NCBI GenBank assembly: GCA_964649165.1
Contig: CAZYPC010000005.1
Span: forward strand, 16,533 to 80,532
DNA: 64,000 nucleotides
Direction of reading: 5' to 3'
DNA from: an uncultured Chryseobacterium sp.
GTDB lineage: Bacteria; Bacteroidota; Bacteroidia; Flavobacteriales_F; PHOS-HE28
Below the pieces are notes generated by a model. That model was not told the DNA's origin. It did no database searches and worked only from the letters and a program-made list of their open reading frames with translations. Positions within the stretch are counted from its first letter, which is position 1, and the number at the start of each line of letters is the position of its first letter. Positions 47,721 to 56,321 of this stretch are shown piece by piece. A program made the position numbers and the translations under genes.

Positions 47721-50366
47721 CTATTCGGCATCCGAAGCGCTCAGCAGGGTCACATGCCCGTATCCCTCCTGTGAGGGGAACAAGTGACCTGCCGCTTTGA
47801 ATTTGTAAACGTACACACCAGTGACCGGATCGGCACCACCCACCTTCCCATCCCAGGGCTTGTTGACATCCTCGGTGCTGTACACCAGCTGGCCCCAACG
47901 GTCGTACACGCTCATCTCGAACTGCTCGATGTAGCGCGTACCGGGGCCGAACATCTCGTTGATCCCGTCCCCGTCCGGGGTGAAGGCATTGGGGAAGAAC
48001 AACTGCCCGGGAGGCCGGATCAGCACGCTATCCTCGGCCGTGCAGCCCGTGTGGGTCACCACCGACAGCTTCACCCAATGCTCCTCCAGGTCCAGATAGC
48101 TGTGCGCCAGGGTCCGCTCACGGCTCAGCGTCCCATCACCCAGGTCCCAGCGATAGCTCCGGCAGAAGGTCGGTAGCGTCGCCGCCTCGAACACCCAGTC
48201 ATCCTGGCCAGCGTTCGTCGCTTCGATATGCACCACCGGCTGCTCCACCCCCACATTCACCTCATCACTGATCATCTCCCCGCACTGGTCGTAGATCTTC
48301 ACCCGGTACTGCGCGTTCACCTCAGGACCCACCATCAACTGCGGATCGCTATGGTCCTGATCCACCCATTCGATCGTGTAGTACCCGGAGCCCCCGCCCA
48401 CCTGGGCCCATAGCTGAAGACTGTCACCAAGGCACAGCACCGTGTCCTTGGTCAGGTCCACCGTGAAGGGCGCCGGATGGGGGATCAGTGAATAGACCGC
48501 CTCCACCGCCTCATTGCCGCACTGGTCCCGCACCGTCAGGGTGTATACCGCATCGGCCGGTACCCCCACCTGAAGTGTGTCCTGAAGGCTCACCGTCTGC
48601 TGCTCGCTGTTGGTCCATTCGTAGGTGTACACACCGTTCCCCCCAGTTACCCCCAGCACCTCCAGGGTCGTGGTGTCGCCCAGGCAGATCACCGTCCGGT
48701 CCGGAGCATCCACAACGATGCTCTCCAAAGGCACCGTACCCACCTCCACCGAGTCAGTCACCGTGCTGCCGCAGCCGTCGGTCACCGTGGCCACATAGAA
48801 CACGTTCGGGTTCGCCGCCGGTACGTTGATCGTCGAGGTGCTCCCGGCGGACGCTCCGCTGAGCGTCCAGCCGTAGCTGTACTCACCATTACCCCCTGTG
48901 GCCGAGGTCACCGCGATGTCCCCGTTGCCCAGGCAGTCGATCAGCGTCAAGGGGCTCACCTCCATGGTCAGCGCTGGGTACACCGGGATCGTTACCGTGA
49001 TGCTGTCGCTCACCGCCTCCACGCCGCAGGTGTCCGTCACCGTGAAATGGTACACCGTGGTCTCTCCGGGCGCCACCTCGATCGTGAAGCTCTCCTCTCC
49101 GGTATCCCACAGGATCTCCTTCTCGCTCGTCCCGCCGGTGATCTCAGGCGTCAATACGTATGAACCCCCACAATCCCCCATCACATCCGACGTCACGATC
49201 AACAGGGGGGCGTGCTGGTCGATATACAGGGTATAGTCATTCACCACTTGTGAACCGCTGCAAACGATGTTCTGGGCGATGGTAATGGTTACGGTCTCCA
49301 AGCCATCCGGATCAAGTGGGATATTCACGGGCCAGGGGATCAGGGTGTCACCCGCCTGGTAGATGAGCTGCACCGGGAAAGCGGGGAAATAATCCACGCC
49401 GCCTGTTGCGGTGCCTCCGATCACGATATTGACCGTATCGATATTGGTCGTGTCACCATATCTGTGGAAGGCGAGTGGAACGATGCCGCAGCCTTCGAAG
49501 AGTGTGCTGTCATTCGCCCCGATGCCATCGCCTACAAGTTCAGGAATGACCTGCCCTGTGCTCGTGAAACTTCCCGCTTGGAGGAAAACGGCGCTGTCCC
49601 AAGCGGTGTCCGAAGCATCCCCCAGGGCGATCTTGATGTGGTAGGTCAGGCCGCAGGTCACTTGGGCACGGGCGGTCATCACCACGGTCAAGCCGTCATA
49701 CTGGACGTACTGAGGGTCCGAATTGAACGGGGCTGTGGACCCGTCGCCGTTATCGACATAGAACGCCGGATTCACGGTGCTGTTCACATCGTTGATGGTG
49801 ACGGGTTGCGTGGTGCCCGGGACCAAAGCGATGTTGATCGCGTTATTGGCGTAGATGCCGCTGATGCCGGGGCCGCTGACGAAGAACCCGAAAGCGTCGT
49901 TCACGCTGTTCACGAACTCCAGGTACTCATCCGAACCGAAAATGAAGTCGAACTTCAGGGAATCCCCCGTTGGCACGAAATCGAACTCGAGGATGGCCGC
50001 GTCGTTGATGGAAGGATTCCCCGAAAGCAGGACCAGGTCGGGGTCGCTCGCACCGAAGTTGCCACCACCCAAGCCACTACTACCGCTGCTGTTCGGGCCT
50101 TGGGCGTTATTGATGTCGCCCGTGGCGAGCACCACGCCTTGATCGATCCCGAGGAACGTATTGGTCGCATCGAACCCTCCGATCTGCTCATTCAGGATGG
50201 TACCCGGCTGACCATTGAAGGTGATGTTGGAGACCGTCACACCAGACCCCAAGAGGATATTCTCGACCGCTTGTTGGGGGGTGATGGTGCTGTTCAGAAC
50301 GATCTGGCCCGAAGACAGGGCAGGAACCAGCGCTAGGGAGAGGGTAAACAGGAGATATGAACGCAT
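47721..50366 (-). CDS. Surface protein paralogue C: choice-of-anchor-L-like head, Calx-beta-like domain, four SprB-type repeats, a PKD-like domain and a CHU_C tail
   Basis: 881 aa. Signal MRSYLLFTLSLALVPALSSGQ. Head blocks as above. SprB-type motif IDCLGNGDIAVTSATGGNGEYSYGW. PKD-like YRWDLGDGT...HSY. Tail FFPNAFTPDGDGINEMF...VYDRWGQLVYS...GVYVYKF...GHVTLL. Confidence 0.85.
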   Translation of the reverse strand: MRSYLLFTLSLALVPALSSGQIVLNSTITPQQAVENILLGSGVTVSNITFNGQPGTILNEQIGGFDATNTFLGIDQGVVLATGDINNAQGPNSSGSSGLGGGNFGASDPDLVLLSGNPSINDAAILEFDFVPTGDSLKFDFIFGSDEYLEFVNSVNDAFGFFVSGPGISGIYANNAINIALVPGTTQPVTINDVNSTVNPAFYVDNGDGSTAPFNSDPQYVQYDGLTVVMTARAQVTCGLTYHIKIALGDASDTAWDSAVFLQAGSFTSTGQVIPELVGDGIGANDSTLFEGCGIVPLAFHRYGDTTNIDTVNIVIGGTATGGVDYFPAFPVQLIYQAGDTLIPWPVNIPLDPDGLETVTITIAQNIVCSGSQVVNDYTLYIDQHAPLLIVTSDVMGDCGGSYVLTPEITGGTSEKEILWDTGEESFTIEVAPGETTVYHFTVTDTCGVEAVSDSITVTIPVYPALTMEVSPLTLIDCLGNGDIAVTSATGGNGEYSYGWTLSGASAGSTSTINVPAANPNVFYVATVTDGCGSTVTDSVEVGTVPLESIVVDAPDRTVICLGDTTTLEVLGVTGGNGVYTYEWTNSEQQTVSLQDTLQVGVPADAVYTLTVRDQCGNEAVEAVYSLIPHPAPFTVDLTKDTVLCLGDSLQLWAQVGGGSGYYTIEWVDQDHSDPQLMVGPEVNAQYRVKIYDQCGEMISDEVNVGVEQPVVHIEATNAGQDDWVFEAATLPTFCRSYRWDLGDGTLSRERTLAHSYLDLEEHWVKLSVVTHTGCTAEDSVLIRPPGQLFFPNAFTPDGDGINEMFGPGTRYIEQFEMSVYDRWGQLVYSTEDVNKPWDGKVGGADPVTGVYVYKFKAAGHLFPSQEGYGHVTLLSASDAE
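47844..49154 (-). repeat. Copy 1 of a 1311-bp perfect direct repeat (inside paralogue C)
   Basis: Line-by-line comparison shows 47844-49154 is identical to 50627-51937 (offset 2783). The first mismatches lie immediately outside both ends (47843 vs 50626; 49155 vs 51938). Confidence 0.9.
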
Positions 50367-50506
50367 CGATGCTTCCGGGAAAAGCGCCGGAAGATAGCCC
50401 CCCGGACCACAGCTTGACCGAATGCCGGCCGGGCAGGTTGCCTGAAGCCCCCGTTCCTCATCAACTTGGGCAGATAGACCGGTCTTTTGCCCTGAATGTT
50501 CGGGAC

Positions 50507-53176
50507 CTAATCGTCAGACCCACGCAACAAGGTCACGTGCCCAAAGCCCTCTTGCGAAGGGAACAGGTGCCCTACAGCCCGGTACTTGAACACATAAACG
50601 CTGGTGGGGGCTTCCGTACCGTCGATCTTCCCATCCCAGGGCTTGTTGACATCCTCGGTGCTGTACACCAGCTGGCCCCAACGGTCGTACACGCTCATCT
50701 CGAACTGCTCGATGTAGCGCGTACCGGGGCCGAACATCTCGTTGATCCCGTCCCCGTCCGGGGTGAAGGCATTGGGGAAGAACAACTGCCCGGGAGGCCG
50801 GATCAGCACGCTATCCTCGGCCGTGCAGCCCGTGTGGGTCACCACCGACAGCTTCACCCAATGCTCCTCCAGGTCCAGATAGCTGTGCGCCAGGGTCCGC
50901 TCACGGCTCAGCGTCCCATCACCCAGGTCCCAGCGATAGCTCCGGCAGAAGGTCGGTAGCGTCGCCGCCTCGAACACCCAGTCATCCTGGCCAGCGTTCG
51001 TCGCTTCGATATGCACCACCGGCTGCTCCACCCCCACATTCACCTCATCACTGATCATCTCCCCGCACTGGTCGTAGATCTTCACCCGGTACTGCGCGTT
51101 CACCTCAGGACCCACCATCAACTGCGGATCGCTATGGTCCTGATCCACCCATTCGATCGTGTAGTACCCGGAGCCCCCGCCCACCTGGGCCCATAGCTGA
51201 AGACTGTCACCAAGGCACAGCACCGTGTCCTTGGTCAGGTCCACCGTGAAGGGCGCCGGATGGGGGATCAGTGAATAGACCGCCTCCACCGCCTCATTGC
51301 CGCACTGGTCCCGCACCGTCAGGGTGTATACCGCATCGGCCGGTACCCCCACCTGAAGTGTGTCCTGAAGGCTCACCGTCTGCTGCTCGCTGTTGGTCCA
51401 TTCGTAGGTGTACACACCGTTCCCCCCAGTTACCCCCAGCACCTCCAGGGTCGTGGTGTCGCCCAGGCAGATCACCGTCCGGTCCGGAGCATCCACAACG
51501 ATGCTCTCCAAAGGCACCGTACCCACCTCCACCGAGTCAGTCACCGTGCTGCCGCAGCCGTCGGTCACCGTGGCCACATAGAACACGTTCGGGTTCGCCG
51601 CCGGTACGTTGATCGTCGAGGTGCTCCCGGCGGACGCTCCGCTGAGCGTCCAGCCGTAGCTGTACTCACCATTACCCCCTGTGGCCGAGGTCACCGCGAT
51701 GTCCCCGTTGCCCAGGCAGTCGATCAGCGTCAAGGGGCTCACCTCCATGGTCAGCGCTGGGTACACCGGGATCGTTACCGTGATGCTGTCGCTCACCGCC
51801 TCCACGCCGCAGGTGTCCGTCACCGTGAAATGGTACACCGTGGTCTCTCCGGGCGCCACCTCGATCGTGAAGCTCTCCTCTCCGGTATCCCACAGGATCT
51901 CCTTCTCGCTCGTCCCGCCGGTGATCTCAGGCGTCAACACGTACGACCCCCCGCAGTCTCCCATCACATCAGACGTCGCGATCTCAATGGGTGAGAAATC
52001 ATCGATGTAGAAGAGATACTCGTTCACGACCTGTGTGCCGCTACAAACGATGTTCTGCGTGATCGTGATGATGAGCGTCTCCAGGCCATCGGCATCCAAG
52101 GGGACGTTCAACGGGTACTCGATCATCGTGTCCCCTTCATAGTAAATGAACTGGGAAGGGATGGCGGGGAAATAATCCACCCCCGGGGTGGCCGTTCCAC
52201 TGACCACGATGCTCACCGTGTCTACGTTGGTCGTGTCTCCCATGCGGTGGAAATAGAAGGGGACGAGCCCGCAGCCTTCGAACATCGTACTGTCGTTCGC
52301 ACTTACCTCACCGACGGTGAGCGAAGGGATGACCTGACCTGTGCTCGTGAAGCTTCCCGCTTCCAGGAAAACGCCGGAGTCCAGCACATGGTCGCCTGCA
52401 TCAGCGAGAGCGAGCTTGATGTGGTATTGCACACCGCACTCCACGATCGCCCGCGCTTCGAGGATGGCCGTCATCCCGTCGAATTGGTTGCATTGGACAT
52501 CCGTGCTCCATGGGGTCGTGAAGCCATCGCCGTTGTCCACGTAGTAGTCGGAGTTCATCCCGTCGTTCACGTTGTTGATGCTCACCGGCTGGGACGTGCC
52601 CGGCACCAAGGCGATATTCTCGGCGTTGTTGGTGTAGGGACCCGATATCCCCGGCCCGCTCAGGAAAAAACCGAAGATGTCGTTGTAGGAAGAGTTCACG
52701 AACTCCAGGTATTCTTCGGAGGCGAAGACGTAGCGGAACTTCAGCGTGTCACCCGTTGGAATGAAGTCGAACTCGAGCACCGCAGCGTCATAGGACGGGT
52801 TCGGCGAGGCGATGTCGTCGAGGTCGATATCTCCCCCGAGGTTCAACCCGCCGGCAGGTAGTGTATTGCCACTCGTGGTGTTCGGGCCGAGAACGGTGTT
52901 CACTTCGCCGCAGGCCATGAACACACCATTCGTCAGTCCGATGTTGCCCAAGGGAACGCCGACATTCGACAAGGTGCCGTCAAACTCCGCAGCTTGCACG
53001 AATACCTGGTTCCCCGGCTGTCCGTTGAAGGTGACATTGCTGGCCGTAACCCCCGCACCGAGCAGTACGTTCTCCAGCAGTTCGGTAACGGTGAGTGAAT
53101 TGTCGACGGCTATCTGGCCAGTAAGGACCATTGGCGAGAACATGGAACCGACGATCAGCAGGCGAAGAGCGCTCAT
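50507..53176 (-). CDS. Surface protein paralogue D: same architecture as C with a diverged head and an identical stalk
   Basis: The start was moved to the ATG at 53176 (MSALRLLIVGSMFSPMVLTGQ). The 108 codons upstream in the track ORF are Arg/Gly-rich and lack a signal peptide. By eye, residues ~414-850 are identical to C residues ~405-841, the head is only roughly half identical to C, and the last ~40 residues are also diverged. Confidence 0.85.
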   Translation of the reverse strand: MSALRLLIVGSMFSPMVLTGQIAVDNSLTVTELLENVLLGAGVTASNVTFNGQPGNQVFVQAAEFDGTLSNVGVPLGNIGLTNGVFMACGEVNTVLGPNTTSGNTLPAGGLNLGGDIDLDDIASPNPSYDAAVLEFDFIPTGDTLKFRYVFASEEYLEFVNSSYNDIFGFFLSGPGISGPYTNNAENIALVPGTSQPVSINNVNDGMNSDYYVDNGDGFTTPWSTDVQCNQFDGMTAILEARAIVECGVQYHIKLALADAGDHVLDSGVFLEAGSFTSTGQVIPSLTVGEVSANDSTMFEGCGLVPFYFHRMGDTTNVDTVSIVVSGTATPGVDYFPAIPSQFIYYEGDTMIEYPLNVPLDADGLETLIITITQNIVCSGTQVVNEYLFYIDDFSPIEIATSDVMGDCGGSYVLTPEITGGTSEKEILWDTGEESFTIEVAPGETTVYHFTVTDTCGVEAVSDSITVTIPVYPALTMEVSPLTLIDCLGNGDIAVTSATGGNGEYSYGWTLSGASAGSTSTINVPAANPNVFYVATVTDGCGSTVTDSVEVGTVPLESIVVDAPDRTVICLGDTTTLEVLGVTGGNGVYTYEWTNSEQQTVSLQDTLQVGVPADAVYTLTVRDQCGNEAVEAVYSLIPHPAPFTVDLTKDTVLCLGDSLQLWAQVGGGSGYYTIEWVDQDHSDPQLMVGPEVNAQYRVKIYDQCGEMISDEVNVGVEQPVVHIEATNAGQDDWVFEAATLPTFCRSYRWDLGDGTLSRERTLAHSYLDLEEHWVKLSVVTHTGCTAEDSVLIRPPGQLFFPNAFTPDGDGINEMFGPGTRYIEQFEMSVYDRWGQLVYSTEDVNKPWDGKIDGTEAPTSVYVFKYRAVGHLFPSQEGFGHVTLLRGSDD
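50627..51937 (-). repeat. Copy 2 of the 1311-bp perfect direct repeat (inside paralogue D)
   Basis: See copy 1. The tract is in frame in both genes and encodes four SprB-type repeats, the PKD-like domain and the first part of the CHU_C domain. Confidence 0.9.
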
Positions 53177-53310
53177 GGGTTTGCGCTGGTTGGTGGAAGG
53201 GCGAGGGAAATTACAGCATATACCACCAGTTGACCACCCCGACCGGGCTGTGGTTGCCTGCCGTTGGCCGACGGTCAACAACTTCTCCCTTCCGTGGCCG
53301 GAAAAAGTGA

Positions 53311-53346
53311 TGTCCCGACCGTGGGTGGCCGGGACATGCTGAAGAG
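53311..53346 (-). terminator. Candidate Rho-independent terminator downstream of paralogue E
   Basis: On the minus strand: atgtcccg-gccacccacggt-cgggacat, followed by CACTTTTTCC. It starts about 13 nt after the stop at 53359. Confidence 0.5.
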
Positions 53347-53358
53347 GGATCCTGGGGG

Positions 53359-55896
53359 TCAGTTCGACGCTTCCTCGTCGCCCAGCAGCGTAACGTGCCC
53401 GAGGCCTTTCGTCTCCTCCAGCCGCTCTCCCGCAGCGCGGAAACTGTACACGTACACGCCGGTCGGGGCCGTTTCGCCATTCTTCATCTCCCCATTCCAC
53501 GTAGCCCCGACCCCAGAGACGGCGGCCACTTCAGCGCCCCAACGGTCGAAGATCACGAGCTCGAACTCCTCCAGCAGTACGCCTACGGCACCGAAGGTGT
53601 CGTTGATCCCATCGCCGTTCGGGGTGAAGGCATTCGGGAAGAACAGCTGGGCTGCCGGCGTAAGGGCGATGGTGTCGATGGCCGGGCAACCGTTGGCTGT
53701 AAGTGTCTGCACGGTAACGATGGTCGGTTGCATATCCGCGTAGGCATGCTCCGGGGCCGAAGAAGTGCTGGTATTCCCGTCCCCGAAGCTCCAGGCAAAG
53801 TCCACCGCCGCAGGGAGGCTGTGCGTGCTGAAGGCGAAGTCGTTGAACCCGATGGACTCGGCCAGGATCGTCGTCACCGGATGTTCGATGCCCACATGCG
53901 CGTCCGCACCGACCGTGGTACCACAGAGGTCCGTTACACTCACCGCATAGGACGTCGGGACGGTCGGAGCCACGGTCACAGCGCTGTCCGCACCCGAAAA
54001 AGCAGGCCAATTGTATGCGTACGTGCCTGCGCCGCCGGTCGCCACAGCGATCAGCTCCCGGCTGCCGCCTTCGCACACCATGGCATCGGCCAGGTGCAAC
54101 GCTAGCGGGGCATGGTCGGCGATGGACAAGGTAACCTGCGCGGAACCTGTGTGGCCGCAATTGTCCGTGGCGGTCAGCGTGTAGGTCTGGCTGCCGTTCA
54201 CAGGGACGTTGAAGCTGCTCGCATCACCGATGGTGGTTCCGTCCGCATCCGTCCAAGTCTGCATGAAGACTCCGGTTCCGCCGGTAATCCCGAGCACTTC
54301 GGCACCGGCGTTCTGTCCAGGGCAGATCACGGTGGTGTCCGGGGTCAAGGCGATCACGATGGCATCGTAGGACTGTTGGGTCGTAGTCACGGTGGTCGTA
54401 GCCGATGCGCCGCAACCATTGGTCACGGTCACGGTGTATTCTGCAGGCTCGTTCGTGATGTCCAAGGTCTGTGTGGTTCCCACCGTTATACCGGCATTGG
54501 TCCAGAGATAGGCCACACCCTCCGTGTCTCCATTGACCGTAACGGCCAGGGTGCCGCCGTTCCCATCGCAAGGCATGGGCGCTGGTTGGGTCACTGAGAG
54601 GGTGATCGGCGCCACGGTGCTGTTCACCAGGGTCGAGTCAACTACGACCGCACCGCAGGCATCGCTTACCGATGCAACGAACCAGGTCGGCTCAGTGGGG
54701 GGAGCGATGGTCACCTCGGAGGTTGTGCTGAGTACGGCGCCATTGCTGCTCCACGAAAGCTCATGGTCACCAGCGCCGAGTTGGGCCAAGGTCATGGACA
54801 AGGTGCCTTGCTCGCCGCAGGCGATACCAAGCGTGCTGGGCACGTTCAGTTGCGGAGGCACGGTGGAAACGTTCACCGAATCGGTCGCTGTCGCACCGCA
54901 TTCATCCGTTACCGTAGCCACATACCAGGCGCTTCCGTTGGCGGTGACCGGGAGGCTGGTACCGGTTCCCACGGTCGTTCCGTTGGAGCTCCAGGTGACA
55001 TCCGCACCGGGCAGCCCGAATACTTCAACTTGTCCTTCGCCCAGACAAGGGAGCGCGAGGTCTGCGGTCAAACTCAGCGTGGGCGCGGTGCTCGTGAAAG
55101 CCCCGGCCTGCAGGAACACAGCGGAGTCGTACAACTCATCGGTCACGTCGCCGATGGCCAGTTTGATATGGTAGGTCTGTCCGCACTGCACGGCATGGCT
55201 CGCGGTAATGGCGGTCGTGAGGCCATCGTACTGGACATAGTCCACACTGCTGTTGTAAGGAGCGGAGAACCCGTCGCCGTTGTCCACATAGTAGGCCGGG
55301 TTGCTGATGTTGTTGACGTTGTCGATCGTCACCGGCGTGGACGTCCCCGGGACCAAAGCGATGTTCACCGCGTTGTTGCTGTACGGGCCGCTGATGCCGG
55401 GGCCGCTCAGGAAGAATCCGAAGGCATCGTTGAAGCCGGCATACACGAACTCGAGATACTCCTCGGAAGCGAAAACGAAGTTGAAGGAGATGGCCCCGCC
55501 CGTGGGCACGAAATCAAACTCCAGCACTGCCGCGTCCAGAACCGTGGTTCCCGCGATCGATGACAGGTCCGCGTCCGAAGTTCCCGTAAAACCACCCTGT
55601 GTGGCATTGTCCAAGGTATTCGGGCCGTAGGCGACCGTGGCGTCACCGGTAGCGAGCATCAGACCGCTCGGCATACCCACGTTGGCATATGCACTGTTGA
55701 ATGAGGCCGCCTGCGGGCTGATGGAGCCCCCTGGCTGACCATTGAACATGATGTTGCTCACGCTGACCCCGCCACCAAGGAGCACGTTCTGTACAAGTGC
55801 CGAGGGCGACTGGCTATTGTCCACCGAGATCTGGGCCGAGGCCAGGAGTGGCAGGATCGCGATGCTGATCAGGGCGGAGCGTAGTTGACGGGTCAT
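53359..55896 (-). CDS. Surface protein paralogue E: choice-of-anchor-L-like head, multiple SprB-type Ig repeats, a PKD-like domain and a CHU_C tail
   Basis: ATG at 55896 (MTRQLRSALISIAILPLLASAQ). Head blocks LEFDFVPTGGAISFNFVFASEEYLEF and FNDAFGFFLSGPGISGPYSNNA. Repeats with LPCLGEGQVEV... and ...VTDECGATATDSVNVS. PKD-like FAWSFGDGNT...HAY. Tail FFPNAFTPNGDGINDTF...IFDRWGAEV...GVYVYSF...GHVTLL. Confidence 0.85.
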   Translation of the reverse strand: MTRQLRSALISIAILPLLASAQISVDNSQSPSALVQNVLLGGGVSVSNIMFNGQPGGSISPQAASFNSAYANVGMPSGLMLATGDATVAYGPNTLDNATQGGFTGTSDADLSSIAGTTVLDAAVLEFDFVPTGGAISFNFVFASEEYLEFVYAGFNDAFGFFLSGPGISGPYSNNAVNIALVPGTSTPVTIDNVNNISNPAYYVDNGDGFSAPYNSSVDYVQYDGLTTAITASHAVQCGQTYHIKLAIGDVTDELYDSAVFLQAGAFTSTAPTLSLTADLALPCLGEGQVEVFGLPGADVTWSSNGTTVGTGTSLPVTANGSAWYVATVTDECGATATDSVNVSTVPPQLNVPSTLGIACGEQGTLSMTLAQLGAGDHELSWSSNGAVLSTTSEVTIAPPTEPTWFVASVSDACGAVVVDSTLVNSTVAPITLSVTQPAPMPCDGNGGTLAVTVNGDTEGVAYLWTNAGITVGTTQTLDITNEPAEYTVTVTNGCGASATTTVTTTQQSYDAIVIALTPDTTVICPGQNAGAEVLGITGGTGVFMQTWTDADGTTIGDASSFNVPVNGSQTYTLTATDNCGHTGSAQVTLSIADHAPLALHLADAMVCEGGSRELIAVATGGAGTYAYNWPAFSGADSAVTVAPTVPTSYAVSVTDLCGTTVGADAHVGIEHPVTTILAESIGFNDFAFSTHSLPAAVDFAWSFGDGNTSTSSAPEHAYADMQPTIVTVQTLTANGCPAIDTIALTPAAQLFFPNAFTPNGDGINDTFGAVGVLLEEFELVIFDRWGAEVAAVSGVGATWNGEMKNGETAPTGVYVYSFRAAGERLEETKGLGHVTLLGDEEASN

Positions 55897-56321
55897 GGCG
55901 TTTGCGTTTCGATGGGCCAAAGCACCGGAGTTGTGGCGGGCTGGTCCTGCGGGAACGAGCAACTGGCGGTATATCCCGCACTACTGGAGGCTATCCGACC
56001 TTCCGACCGACCGTGCCACCTGAAGCCCGCGCCTGGCGGGGACTTCAGGCATGACCCTCAAGGTCCCTTCCGATGGGTCCGAAAGGCTCTCGGACCTCTT
56101 CCATATCCCCCATCTTAGGGATGGTCATGGGGAGCAACTGGCGAGCACGTCCCAAGACCTCGGAATGGTGGCTTCGGAAAGTTTCTTGCCCTGCGTCGAC
56201 CCGATCGGGGCTCAAGCTGCCAGAACGGTGGGCAACGGTTCAGCGGCCGTGTTCGGAGGGGGGATATCTTCGGCACCCCCGAAAGCGCGCGACCGAACCG
56301 CGCCTGGCGGCCAGCCCACCG

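Noticed and set aside
45771-47774. 667-aa plus-strand ORF, together with similar long ORFs such as 16219-17469 (-), 23527-24582 (-), 31631-33151 (+), 42368-43588 (-), 49464-50336 (+) and 25309-25974 (-)
   Set aside because: All lie antisense to or out of frame with genes that carry unmistakable family motifs (adhesins, TonB receptor, mreB, CNNM, gpmI). Their translations are Arg/Gly/His/Asp/Val-rich low-complexity strings with no motifs. Long stop-free antisense frames are expected in high-GC DNA.
50367-50506. Invertible-promoter or phase-variation switch in the intergenic regions of the adhesin array
   Set aside because: Only short hairpins are present (for example cttccgg-gaaaagcg-ccggaag at about 50370-50391). 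There are no flanking inverted repeats of 15 bp or more bracketing a promoter-sized segment, and no site-specific recombinase gene nearby.
47844-51937. The 1.3-kb perfect repeat as an insertion sequence or other mobile element
   Set aside because: I found no transposase or integrase ORF and no terminal inverted repeats or target-site duplications. Both copies are in frame and continuous with homologous but diverged adhesin coding sequence on both sides.
53177-53500. N-terminal extensions offered by the ORF track: paralogue D to 53500, paralogue E to 55962, M20 from 56073, RND adaptor to 13234, lptC-like to 34167, OMP to 35462, imelysin from 37804
   Set aside because: The extensions are Arg/Gly/Pro-rich, lack signal peptides, frequently overlap the neighbouring gene, and are followed by an internal ATG or GTG that yields a canonical signal peptide or the conserved family N-terminus.
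43640-55896. Diversity-generating retroelement (template/variable repeat pair) acting on the adhesin array
   Set aside because: No reverse transcriptase or accessory gene is present in the window. The repeat is about ten times longer than typical TR/VR pairs and is identical rather than differing at adenine positions.
56019-56049. Hairpin (cctgaagcccgc...gcggggacttcagg) and a repeated cgcgcctggcgg 12-mer in the 425-nt divergent region between paralogue E and the M20 gene, as a regulatory element
   Set aside because: The structures are modest and GC-driven, and I cannot tie them to a known operator or RNA family. I note them but cannot support a feature call without comparative data.
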